From Hyaloraphidium curvatum SAG 235-1 (taxonomy: Eukaryota > Fungi > Monoblepharomycota): 64,000 nucleotides of DNA. Shown here piece after piece: positions 20,984 through 34,700 of this stretch. Under the pieces are notes generated by a model that was not told the origin of the DNA, did not search any database, and saw only the letters and a program-made list of their open reading frames with translations. Each line of letters opens with the position of its first letter. Position 1 is the first letter of the stretch. The stretch is taken from NCBI GenBank assembly GCA_025558095.1, contig JAIVFI010000003.1, positions 620,001-684,000 on the forward strand, given 5' to 3'. The translations under genes and the position numbers were made by a program.

Positions 20984-23900
20984 TCAACTGCGCGCAAACA
21001 TCGAAGCAAACATCCCCCCGCGATCCAGCAGCTCCGCGACCGGCCCGCTCTCCGCGACCCTGCCCCCGTCCAGCAGCACCACCATGTCCGCCCGCCTCAC
21101 GGCCGCGAACGAGTGCGACACCATCACGACCGTCATCCCCTCCCGCCGCGCGAGCCCCCGCACGTTGTCCACCAGCCTCTCGGCCGTCGCAGCGTCCAGC
21201 GAAGCCGTCGGCTCGTCCAGGATCAGGATCCGCGGCCGCCCCACGACCGCCCTCGCGATCCCGATCCGCGCCGCCTGCCCGCCGCTGACCTTGGACGTGC
21301 CGAGCTCCCCCACGGGGGTGTCCAGGCCCTGCGGCAGCTCGTCGACGACCTCGGCCAGGCAGGCGACCGAGAGGGCTTCCGCCACTTCTAACCCGCCGGG
21401 ACGCATGCCGAGCTCGACGTTGTAGCCGATGCTGCCGTCGAACAGGGCCGGGCTCTGCTGCGCGACGCCGATCTGCGAGCGTAGGTCGTGCACGTGCCAG
21501 CGGCGGAGGTCGATGCCGTCGATCGCGATCGTGCCCGAGGACGGATCCCAGAGCCGCTGCAGCAGGGAGAGCAGGGTGGACTTGCCGCCGCCGGATTTGC
21601 CGACCACGGCGCAGAAGCAGCCGGCGGGGATCTCGAGGTCGATCGCATTCAGGGCGGGTCCGCGGCCGGCGTAGGAAAACGAGACCTTGGAAAAGGTGAT
21701 CCGGCCCTGCACGGGGCCTCGGTGGGCGTCGGGCTGTGCCGCTGCCGGAGCCTGGGCCGCGGATGCACGCCGGCGACGAAGTCCCGTCCTCTCTGGAGCC
21801 CCAACTGCATGGCCCTGCTCGACCGACGCGAGCTCCCCCGAAGGAACATCCTCCGCCGGATCGGGGGTGCAATCGATGGCCGGCCGCTCCTCGAGAGTGC
21901 TCACCACCTCGATCGCGGCGGCCTTGGCCCCGGCGACGGCCTTGAAGGCGTCCAAGAGCGCGCCGATCTGGCGCGAGCAGAGGATCACGGACAGGATCAC
22001 GAGCACGATCCGCCCAAAGTCGATGACGCCGTCCACCACCAGGCGGAAGCACACAGCAAAGACCACCATGAGCGTGGCGATCAGGAGGGTCTGGAAGAGG
22101 CAGGTCCCTGCGCCGGCGAGGACCGCACGCCTGATGCCGAGGGCGTGCGCCCTGCGCAGGCGATCGTCGTAAAGTGCCTCGAACACCTCCTCCCGCCCGA
22201 GCAGCTTGATGGTCTTGACCTTGACGAGGTACTCGGTCGCCAGCCGGTTCGCATCCTCGTAGGCCTCGCGCATGGGCCCGGCGAAACCTGCGAGCCCGGC
22301 CATTTCGGCCCACCCGGCGAGGAACAGGAGCGGGGAGCATGCCACGAGCGTGAGCGTGAGCCGCCACGACAAGGTGAACGCAACGGCGAAGCCGCTCAAA
22401 ACCGTGAGCGGCACCGACAGCGCCCGGTTGAAGAGGCCGACGAGGCAGTCGCGGAGCGTGTCCGGATCGGAGAAGACCCGGAAGGCGACCGTGGCGGGGT
22501 CGCGATGTCCCCAGGACTGCGCATCGAGTGTGGCGAGCCTGCGAAAGAGTCGTCGCCTCAGGTGGGCCGCGAATCTGGTTCCGAGCGCAGTATAGCCGAA
22601 GAAGACGCCAAAGCGAGCGGCACATGCGAGTACTCCCAAGGGGATGAAGAGCAGCGCCCAGAAGGCGGTATCGGAAGACCGCGGCGGCACTTGAGAGAGC
22701 GCAGCGACGACCGATCCCAGCAGGAAAGATTCGATAGGAACCATGGCTCCCTCCAGAAGGCTTCCCATGAGACCCAATGCAATCAGCCCGGTCCACCTGC
22801 CCTTGAGCATCCAGGCAAGCTGTCGCCAGGGAAAGAAAGCCAATTTGGGACCCGGAGCGTCCCGTGCCTCGGTTATCACGGGCGGGTTTCCGTCAGCGAG
22901 CGAGGCACCCCGATCTTCAGCCAACCGCTCTTGCCCTCGGCCTACTTCATCGTCGTCGCCGGACGGCGATCGCCGCAGCGCTTCCAAAACACGGCCTTTG
23001 GACGACAGCTCGGCAAAGCTGCCCTGATCGACGAGGCGGCCCTTGTCCATCACGAGCACTTCCGCGCAGCGCGAAATATCCTCCACCTTGTGCGATATGA
23101 GGAGACGCATCGTCGCGGCCGGAAGATCATCGATAACCCTCGACAAGACCTCGGTGGAAAGCGGGTCCAGCGCAGCCGAATGCTCGTCCAGCAAAAGTAT
23201 CTCGGGCGCCGCCTCCGTTTCGCGGAAGTACAGGAAGAGGATCCTCGCAAACACCAGCCTCTGCCGCTCCCCGCCGCTCAGCGCGGCTCGAGAGCGCCTC
23301 GACGGCTCAGCAGATCCTTCGGAGGTGGATGCGCCGCTGCAGGCCTCATCCAGTCCTCGGGGGAAGCTGCGCACGAGGTCCCCGAGTCCGACCTGGTCCA
23401 GCGCGCGCCAGACAGCGTCTGTATCGGGTGGGTTTGCATCCAACGTAACGTTGAACGCCACTGAACCATCGAAGATAACAGCACTTTGGGGAACGCACGC
23501 AATGATCTGCCGCCGAAGACTTCGCGTGTCCAAATCGCCGAGCAGGTGGCTGCCGATGCGAATGTGACCGTAAGACGGTTCGTACAATCGAAGAAGCAAG
23601 CTCGAGATGGTTGATTTGCCGCTGCCTGTGTGGCCGACAATTGCGGCCGATTGGCAAGAGCGGGAGATCTCCAACGTGAGCCCCGAATCGCCGCCGAAGA
23701 TGCTCACGTCGGGATTGCTCGGGTACCTGTGAAAGACGAGTCACGGACGAGCCCACTCTCAAGCAAGCAACTCACGAGAATCGTACATTGCTGAAAGCGA
23801 TCGCGGTCTCAACCTTCGAAGCGTCGCCCAGAGTGAGCTTTTGGAGGCCGCTTGGGCCAGTTTCAGCCACCTCAGGCACGGCCATGAGGTCGAGGAGGCG

Positions 23901-25016
23901 ATTGCAGGCCCCACGGGCTCCTCGCAGTCCACTCCAATCCCCCACGCAATCCGTGAGAAAGTGCGAACCGGCAGACAGCTGGAGAAAGGAATTAAGGCCG
24001 GCCGAGAGAGTCATCCTTCCCGTTTTGATGAAGAACCCGGCCGCGAGAAACACGACCGTCCGGCTTCCATAGTACCACAACTGAACGATCGCCAGCCCTC
24101 GCGCCGCTGCATATGCGGCGTCTGTGCTCTCCCGCGCTGCCGCCAACGTTGCACGATCGAAGAGCGCACCAAAGTGTTCCACCCCTCGTGGCAGTGCTTG
24201 CACGGCCTGCAGCTTCGTCAGCACCGACAGCAAAAGCGCGGAAGCGCCGGCGCTGTACTCCGCCAAGCCCGCAAGGGTCCCATTCAGCCTATCCCACGCC
24301 TTTTGAGAAAGCCTCGTCGGCAGCGGAAAGGTCAGGGCCAAGACAATGGCCATGAGCCAGCTTCCTTGGCCATAGTTGAAGGCAAGGAACAAGCACACCA
24401 CAGTGGACGCAGCGTGCTGCACCAAGAGGCCCAGGTTCGCCAAGGCTCCTTGCACTGAATCGCAGTCCGCCTCGAGCCTGGCTGCGGCCTCAGGGGCGCT
24501 GCAGCTCAACTCGAAGAAGGCCAAGTCCTTCCGAAGCAGCCGACTGAACGCCTTCCGACGCACGCGGTACCCGACCCGAGCAGCCGAGACCTGGAAGGCC
24601 GCTGTTTGGCCGAAGGCCGCGACCATCGCAAGCGTGGCCAACGAGCCAAGCGTCCACAGATGCTCGCTCAGCGAGTCCCAGAGCGCTGACGGGGTTGGCT
24701 CCGTCCCGAGTTTCCTTTGAGACTCAAAACGCGTCGCAAAAGCTGCGATGCGCGATAGCTCGAGATTCATAAGCGGGGCGACCATCCCATTCGCTACGGC
24801 CGCGACGAGCCCGAGCATCTGCAAGGCAAGGGTCCCGGCGTCCGGTGCAAGCCGTAGGAGATCCATTCTGGAGTCCGTAGTGCGCAGCGCGGTGTACGGC
24901 ACGCCCTCTATCGTGCCGATGCTCTGGAAAGCGCAGCAGCAGGGTGTGGCACCATCAGTGAATGCGTTCGCCAAGGGGGGGCCCTCGGGAAGGGCCGAGC
25001 GCCGGGAGGCTACCAT
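20984..25016 (-). CDS. Full-length ABCB (MDR/P-glycoprotein-type) transporter, TMD-NBD-TMD-NBD; intron 23727-23775; start uncertain (25016 or 24867)
   Basis: Two Walker A motifs (GHTGSGKST, GKSGGGKST), signatures LSGGERQR and VSGGQAARI, Walker B ILLLDEHSAALD and ILILDEPTASLD, and two hydrophobic TMDs. Confidence 0.93.
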
Positions 25017-25083
25017 GTCTATTTGTTTCGCGCTCGGAGTCTCTCGTTCGAGCCACACATCCTTCAACCATGCTCTACGCTGC

Positions 25084-26896
25084 TCAAACGTCAAGGAGCT
25101 GCGGGGAACGCGCGTCAGGTAGGATTGACCGACGTCTCCCATGGCAAACCCACCAGTTTTCGGGGGTCCTCCAGATACTCCTTCAGCTTGACGAGGAAGG
25201 TGACCGCCTCCCGGCCGTCGATGATGCGGTGGTCGTACGTCAGGGCGACGTACATCATCGGCCGGACCTCGACCTTGCCGTTCACGGCGACGGCACGTTC
25301 CTTGGTCGCGTGCATGCCCAGGATGGCGGCCTGCGGGGTGTTGAGGATCGGGGTGCCCATGAGCGAGCCGTAGACCCCGCCGTTGGAGATGGTGAAGGTG
25401 CCACCCTGGAGATCCTCGATCGTGATCTGGTTATCCCGCGCCTGCCGAGCCCTGGGGATCAGCCGCGGCTCCGGAGCCCGCCGCAGCCTCGCAGACCTTC
25501 TTTCCCAGCGCGGCAATGGCCTGCTCGATCTCGACGAGGTTCATTTTCTCCGCGCTGCGGAGCACCGGGGTCACGAGACCCTTCGGTGTGGCAACGGCGA
25601 CAGAGACGTCCACGTAGTCGTGGAAGACGAGCTCGTTCCCGTCGATCTGTGCGTTGACGGCCGGCACGGCTTTGAGGGCCGCGCACGATGCCTTGACGAA
25701 AGGCGACATGAAACCGAGGCGGACGCCGTACTCCTTCTCGACGTAGCCCTTCCACGTGTTGCGGAACTCGATCAGGTTGCTGGACGAGGGAGGCTCAGCA
25801 CAAAGTGGAACTCGCGCGCGCCGACTCAGCATCCCACCTCATGTCCACCTCGTTGAAAGTCGTGAGGGAGGCTGCGGTGTTTTGCGCCTCCTTGAGGCGC
25901 TCCGCGATTCTCATCCGCATACGGGTCATCTTCACCCTGCTTTCCGAGCGGGCTCCAGCAGGCGCTGCGGGGCCGGGGGTGACAACAGGGGACGCTGCAG
26001 AGGAGGAGTCGAACCATGAAGCAACGAGCTAGTCCCCACAAGCGGCGCGGCAAGCCTTACCTTTCGGGGCCGGGGCCGGGGCCGGGGCCGGGACGGAGGC
26101 AGGAGCGGCCGCAGGAGCAGCAGCTGGCGAGGGCGCAGCTGCCGGAGCGGGTGCCGAAGGAGCCGGAGCGGCGGGCGTCGCTTCAGCGGCGGGAGCGGGC
26201 GAAGCTGGAGACGAGCGTTGGAGATCCTCCACATCATCCCTCGAACACAGTCTCACGTGCTCCGGCGCCGGGCTTGCCGTCCGTGTCGAGCTTGAAGAGA
26301 TCCTGACCGACAGCCACGGTGTCACCGTCCTTCGCCAAGAACTCCGTGATCGTGCCGGCCTCCGGCGAGTTGACAGTTATGTCGACCTTGTCCGTTTCGA
26401 TGGTGGCCACAGCCTCGTCCTTCTGGACGTACTCGCCGATCTCTGCGCGCCTCCGTGAGAACGATCGCGAGCAACGTCCCGGCATCCGACGCACGTTTGT
26501 TCCACTTGGAGAGGGTCCCCTCGGCGATCGACTCGGCCATCGGGGGCGTCTTGACAACCTTAACAACTGTAGGAGTGCCGCGATGCCAGTCATTTAGAGC
26601 CGAATCACCATAGGGCCCAGGTGACACCGACCGGTGCGAGTCTGCGAGAAACCGACTGCATCTTGGCGCGGCCTGAATAGTCGGGGCTGAGAACCAGCAG
26701 ACGGTACAATTCGTGTCTGATCCCACCTCAGGGCCTTGAGTGACGAGGTCTTGAGGCAGGGGCCCGAGAACATGGCCAGATGGCGCGTCGAGGAGGCCCG
26801 CACCACGCCGCTCGCGCGAGCCACCACCTGTGGCAACGGGCGGCCGGCCTGCATGCCGACAGCGGCGAGGCGCTGCATTCTACCGGCGACGTTCAT
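25084..26896 (-). CDS. KGD2: Dihydrolipoamide succinyltransferase (2-oxoglutarate dehydrogenase E2; spliced)
   Basis: Mitochondrial presequence, lipoyl domain [19 protein letters not shown] linker, [45 protein letters not shown]; spliced end KL|LLDV*. Confidence 0.97.
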
Positions 26897-27294
26897 TTGG
26901 CGTCGGCGGTGTTGTGAGCACCCGAGACTTCCGCCTCAGTGTTCCTAGCCGGGGCGTATGTGGCGTTGCCTCTCCTGCGAACCCGGGCTCCACCGAGGTC
27001 GCCGACCGAGGGTGGGCGTCTCTTGCCGCCGGTCCGGTCGGAGCTGTGGTCGCGATGCGACTCGCGGTGGGATGGGCCTCCCGAACGGCCTTTTGGAAGT
27101 GACGGGGTCGCAACGGCGGGCTGGATCCGAGAACGCCCGCGAAGACCCCGCGTTGCCTCCCACCGCGAACTCCAACCCTTCTGACCATCGATTCTCCATC
27201 TGCGGGACGTGGATGATTCAATCAGAACAAAGGATGACGGGTTGAGGTGTTCCTTCGCCATTCTCCGGGCCTGAGACGGTGCAATACAGAAACA

Positions 27295-28584
<1,290 letters not shown>

Positions 28585-28797
28585 CGGCGAAAAGAGATGG
28601 TGCGCGTCGCCCGCGACCACAGTAGTAGTTCCGCAAACCGTCGGCGCCTGCCGTCCCGCACGACCCCCGCATTCTTTCGGCCCCGCCATTTATCTTGCCG
28701 GGACCGTGAGCTTTTTGCCAATGATTGGCTGACCGGGGGGCTGCTCGGGCGCCGCGTGCCGTGAACCGTCCCCCTCGGGATCTGGACGGCCTTCACC

Positions 28798-31471
28798 ATG
28801 GCGGAGGATCCCAAGCAACTGCTGAAGCGGAAATTCGCGAGCACTGTCGGCAGCGTCGTCAAGCCTGCGGCGGGGCCGCAGCCGTCGAATGGCACGCGTC
28901 GCGGTCGGAGGGACCTCGTGGTGGAGGACGACCCTCGTCGCACCCAACAGTTTGCGTCGCACCTGCAGTCCCTCGCGCCGAAGAAGCCGAAGCGGCAGTT
29001 CCGGGAGTTCGATTCCAAGCGGCAGCCTTTCAGAAAGCAGCGGGCCGCGCCGGAGAACGTGGTGGAGATCCTGCCGGACGAGATCGCCTTCGTAGAATGG
29101 CCCGACAACAGCCCGGAAGCTCGGGCCACTTGGATGAAGGGCATGGACATGAGCCTTCATCCCGAGGACCTGAAGACGGAAATGTACGTCCTCCCCGCGC
29201 GGGCTACCGCCAAGGAGGGGGAGGCGGCCTCCGGTCGGAACTCCAACGGCGTTTTGGGGCCAACGAGGAGTGTTCTGATACCCAAGTGGATGTACGACAT
29301 CATCGCGGCCAAGAGGCTGCCAAAGGTGCACTCGACGTTGCTCCTGGGGCTTGGCACGGGCTCATTTAATGTTTTCAGTTGCTGCGCAAGAGCACGGAAT
29401 CCGTTCAGGTCGACGTCGGGGTCGACGGCGTTTGCGACGGCGCCACGACGGACGTCGTCAAGATAGCCAGAGCACGAGACATCAACCAGGCTAGCGGTGG
29501 TGCACCGAGAGACGTCGAGATGGACCTCGTTGCGGCAACTTCGGAGGCTGCGATGCCGGCTGCGCTCGAAAGAGCCGCGTCCTCGGGCGAATTGCACGAC
29601 AGGCGCCTTTCGGTGACGTCTGTCGCCTCTGTGGCGACGACATCCAAGTCATTTGCGACGGAGGTCGTTGCGCGAGAGGACCATGATGTGCCATTGGACG
29701 CGCGAGCTCAGTCTTCGGAGGAGCGGTGCCGGTCCGAAGAGGACCACGCTCGGCCAACGGACGAATCGTCTCCTACTGCAGTGGAACATCCCGCACCGGT
29801 GGAAGAGCAGTCTGTTGTTGAGCCCTCTCAATCCGCGGAAGGGTCCTCGAGTTCCGTGCCAGATGGTGGGGTTTTGCCCGTCGCCAGGCTTTTGCTTGCT
29901 GAAACATGATCACAGGCTCAGCTTCGTCCGAGGATGCAGAGACTGCGCAACCGGCACGCCGTGCATCTTCGCCGTTGGTGGGCGGTGCGGCACGAGGCGT
30001 CGATTCGGCGACTATGGCGACCCTGGATAATGCGCCAGCCCCGGTTGCGGCGCTCCCCGTTCCCAACGCTCCGGAGTGGCTTGACCGGTGGGAAAGCGGA
30101 TGCGAGCTCCAATGGGACAAGGTGGTCGGCGTCGCCGACTTTTGCCTGACCCCGCGTGCAGCAGAGCGTCTGGCGGCGTACCGAGCGGCGCCCGACGGAC
30201 CCTACGACGGCTATGTGCCCCCTTTGCCGAGTCCTGCGCCGGCGCGGCAGGAGCTGCAACGGAAGCGGCAATCGCCAAAGGCGCCGGGTGCGACGGCACC
30301 GCGCGTGGCTTCTCCCGTGGCCGCAAAACGGCGCGAAGAAGGGGCGAAGGCCCGAAAACGCCCCGTTCTTCCAACGGTTGGCAAATCTCCGAGCGCGCCG
30401 AAGCTGTCGCCGTCGAAAGTTGGGTCTACTCAAGATCGCGGAAAGACAGACAGGAGCGGACCTCCAGCTGTTGCCAGGTCGCCTATAGGGCAACTTCACC
30501 CTGGCGGGCCGTGCGTCATTTGTGGCGTTGAGGCCGCTTCCAAGTGGCGCGAGTATCAGGATAAACCCGCCTGGTAATCATCCTGTGTTGTCCAACACTG
30601 CTGAGGCTGATTCGTGTCTCTCTTCTCTACAGCGTCGCGTGCTACTACAAAATGCAGCAGAAGGAGAAGAATGAGCAGCGTGTTGCCAGCGGGCAGCTTT
30701 CCACCAAGGCTGCGCTTCCCGCTCCTTTATCGTCGCCAGCTCATATCTCCGGCGAGCGCCAGGTGGAGACCCACCGCGATCTTTTGCCTATTTCGCCGAG
30801 CAAGGGGTCGCCGGCGATCATTCCGCCCTGCAATCCACTGGAGCGTGCTCGCAGCTTCGGCTTGGACACCGGCGTCGGTACCGGAACTTCTGACCTGGCC
30901 GCGACAAAGGCTAAGAAGCGCATGAAAGCTCCTGATCTGTTTCACGAACAGGAGGAGGTGGATTTGTCGGAAGAGCGCGTCATCAGTTTGACGCCGCCTG
31001 GTGACGCCCGCGATGCGCGGAAGCCGCTCATGCTTGCTGGCAACCTCAAAAGCGAGCTCAGTCGCGACAGTAGGAGTCGCAGTTTTCGCTGCCTGCTTGC
31101 AATGTCTGATGGCCGTTCTGCATGACAGGTTTGTGGCCTCGGGCCGAGCGGAAGCGCTCCAACTCGGATACTGAAAACGGGATGAACCTGCCACCTCCAT
31201 CGAAACGTGCGCCGAGTTCCCGCTTGGAGGCCGAGGCGTGCGAGATCGGGACGTCTCCGATGCCGCCGAAGCTTTTCATTCCCGGCCCTCCCGCCGATCG
31301 GTTCGACAGGGCGTCGAGCCTCGCTTCCGGGGATGGCTTCGCATCGCCGTCGCTACCGGTGAAGAGCAAGCCGGCTCGATCTCAGCGGGTGGGTGCAGTG
31401 AGGCTGGTATTGGCTCGAGGTTTCTGACTCTGAAGCAGACGCGCTGGTCCGATGTCGAGCCCGGTTTCTGA
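28798..31471 (+). CDS. Uncharacterised, largely disordered protein with a GATA-like Cys4 finger (spliced; 3' end approximate)
   Basis: Chain of + strand ORFs (28798, 29379, 29906, 30652, 31122) linked by GT-AG introns. Splicing out 30574-30631 yields CVICGVEAASKWREYQDKPACVACYYK. Confidence 0.6.
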
Positions 31472-31701
31472 CCCTGAGCGTGGAGCGCTCGGCCGACGTC
31501 GACGTTGAAGCTTCGCAGGCGATCTTCCAGCAATGGCAGTAGATTATTTTGTAGTTAAGGCTCTAATAATTCCGGTGATCAATGGCTGGGATGGTCCCGT
31601 ATTAAACGTGGGGGAGTACCTACGCGAGGAGTCCGAGTCGCTCCCGAATTCCAACACGCTCCCCCCCTCTTCCTCCCTCTGCTGCCTTCGCTCCGAGCAG
31701 C

Positions 31702-34700
31702 ATGGAGGACAGCGAATTTCAGCTCCATGAGGAGCTCTTGAAGCTGGCCGACAGCTCGCTTGTTTTGGAGCATGAAGTCAACCTGGACGCGTTGGACGCG
31801 GACGACGCCGAGGCGAAGCTCAACGGTGATTTGAGCTCTCTTTCGCGGACTGGGACGCTCTGCAAGCCTCCGTGGCTTCACGGCTCGGCTGCGACGGAGG
31901 CGCAAGCGCGGGGAGGTTGCGGACAGTCGGCTCACGGGTTTCGCGTTCCGGCGCGCAGAGCTCATTGACAGCTTGCAAGAATCCCCTCTGAACGTGACAA
32001 ACGCGGTTGTGTTTGACGGGCTCCGCAGCTTCTTGAAGTGGGTGCCGTGCTTGTCCCGCTCCCGACACCTCCTCAACTCTGGCACCAGGCACTTTGACAC
32101 CCTGCCGCCACCATTGAGGACCAAAGTGGGCGACACCATTGTGTCCGGTAGGGCCGATTCTAGTTTTCTTTTGATCCTTACGTTGAAACGCCGCTTGCGA
32201 GCGAAGCCTTGGGCAGCCTTCGCAAGACAATCCAACGAGACCTCGAGGACAATGCGCAGGAAGCCTTTGGCCTCGATCGCGATGCTCTTTCGATGCTCGG
32301 CTACCTTTGGCAATGGTTCATGACGGTCGGAGAGACCCAGGCCAAAGTCTCCGACAACACCGGGGACAAGGCTGCCAAGGTGAATCAGTTCCGGAAATGC
32401 GGCTTCCACCACTGATCCCGAGTCGACCCCCCAGCGGCCCCGTGCGGGAAAAGGCAAGAAAAAGGATTTGGATCATGAGGGACTCTGGAATTGGCCGCAG
32501 GAACGCGAGACCGCCCTGGAATCCGTGGCGGCCATTCTGCCCCTCGACCTCAACAGGATCTGGATTTCGACCTCGGAACGGGACGTCTTTGTCAAGTGGG
32601 TGCATCTGCCGTTATATCTGCGCTTCACGATTTGGTTCCTGACGTGGGCAACCACAGCCTCTTCACCAAGACAACTTACCAGCTCCTTGAGGACAAGGAT
32701 CTGGTCAAGACGCTGCCTCTCGACACGGTTTACGCCATCTTGGGGCTCTGCGTAAAGCGCTACAACCATGCCTTTGGTTCGTGCACCGTTTGTTGGGTTG
32801 CGTCAATCATGACCGTTGTTTGCAGGTGCCAAGACCACGATCATGCTCGACCTCAAGTCGTACGACCATCTCTCCGACGTTCTGGCAAACTTTCTGCACG
32901 TTGTCGCGACCAAGTACGACGACGTGACGTTGATCGAGGACGTCCTTCTCGAAATCGGGAAGCTCGAGTTCAACATCAACGAGACGGACGTTGCCGGATC
33001 CAAGTCTTCCATGCCAAAATCGTTCGCTCGTTTCCTTGTCAGGCTCGCGGAAATCCTGCCCAAGGAAGTGCTCAAGCAGATGGCCATACTCTCCTCGCAT
33101 TTCGATGCCCAATCCTACTCGATCAGGTCGGGCATGATCGAGGTCCTGGGCTACCTCAACGAGTACCTCTTCTCCGAGGAGGACCGCGAGGCCGCGGACG
33201 ACAAGATCGAGTCGTTCTGCGACATTCTGCTCGAACGCTACCGGGATGCCAACGCCTTTGTCAGAAGCAAAGTGCTGCAGGTTGTGCAGAATCTCGTTTG
33301 GTAAGGGCCCGCAGCTTGTATGTCGTGCACGATTCTGACTCTGTGCCGCTTCAGCCTCAAACCCATCATGGTCGACGGAGCAGCACCGCGCTTCGGAATC
33401 CCCTTGTCGCGAAGGCACGCCTTCGTCGAGATGACCAAGGGCCGACTGCATGACAAGGCCTCCAACGTCCGCCGCAACGCGATACGGACCCTGTCCCTTC
33501 TCGTCAACAATCATCCGTACGCCACCCAGAAGAGGGAAAGGACTCTGAATCTTGAAAAGCTTTCCCAAGCTAGGCTGGAAGTACAGACCTTCTTGGAGAG
33601 CCAGGAGAAGTACTTGCACGACGTCTTGGAGGAGGCAGGGGTGCCGCTCGCACCCCCTAAGTCTGCGGAAGCCGGAGAAGATGATTCTCAGGAGGCTGGT
33701 GGCACACCTCAAGGCGAGGCGGAAGCTGGCGGGCCTGCGGAGCAATCGGAGGCTGTGGAAAAGGCCCAACAGCTACAGGAGAGGCTCATCCCGGCCTTCC
33801 AGAAAATCCTGACTGGGATCGACGATGCCGTGCGGTTTGCCCAGCAGATGGAACTCACTGTGCCTGTCATGTGCGAGTTGCTCGCCTCCAAGGCCAAGTC
33901 GGAAGTCTTGGAAGCGATGGACTTCTTCGTAACTCTGCATCGCTCGGGTCTGGAGTCGGCGAAGGTTGGTCTTGGAACGAGAACCGCGCCGCCATCGACT
34001 GCCGCTGATGCCCCATCAAGGAGGGTCTCCGCCGGATGATCCATCTTGTTTGGAACAAGGACGCCAACAGCGAAGAGGGCAGGACGGTAAAGAGCTCGCT
34101 GATGGATTGCTTCCACCAAGTGTACATCGCGAGCTCGGACGGCGAGCAGGACAAGATCAGCGCTATTGTGAAGAACTTGATTGGGTTGGTGGTCTCCAGG
34201 GTCTTGGATGCATGCCCTCCAACGTTCCCGCACAGGCTCACGAGGAACGCAACGTTGGCCGACCTTACCTCGCTGGAGCATCTCTTGGCCACCATGATGA
34301 GCGAAGGCAGGATCCCTGCTCAAGTCGTCGATGTTCTCTGGCAGCTGTTTGGTGCGTTGATTGCCATGCTCAGCCTCAAGCCGGTCTTGACTGGTACACC
34401 TGCAGCGAGCACGTCGCCCGAGGTTTCCAAAGCCAAGCGGCGCGGAGCCCTCAACCTAATCAGCATGTTCTCCAAGACAAGCAAGAATGTATTGGCTGAC
34501 CGCGTCGATCTGCTCTTGCGAGTCGGTCTGATACGTTACGGTCGGGTACGTGTCTTCTTTGCTGGTTGCCGCCCAGCAGTCCTCATCCGAGCCGTTATGT
34601 CCAGGAGGACTTTGAGCTCGCACGCCTCACATGTGTAGCCTTGCAGCATCTTATTGCGGACAAGCAGCAGAAAGGCAGCGCGACCGCCCCGACGGCAAGG

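Noticed and set aside
26066-26092. (GGGGCC)n repeat
   Set aside because: It simply encodes the Ala-Pro linker of KGD2 on the minus strand.
27205-27280. Possible box C/D snoRNA (GGATGA...CTGA) between KGD2 and TGS1
   Set aside because: Non-canonical C box, weak terminal stem and no identifiable target; it lies in the TGS1 3'UTR region on the opposite strand.
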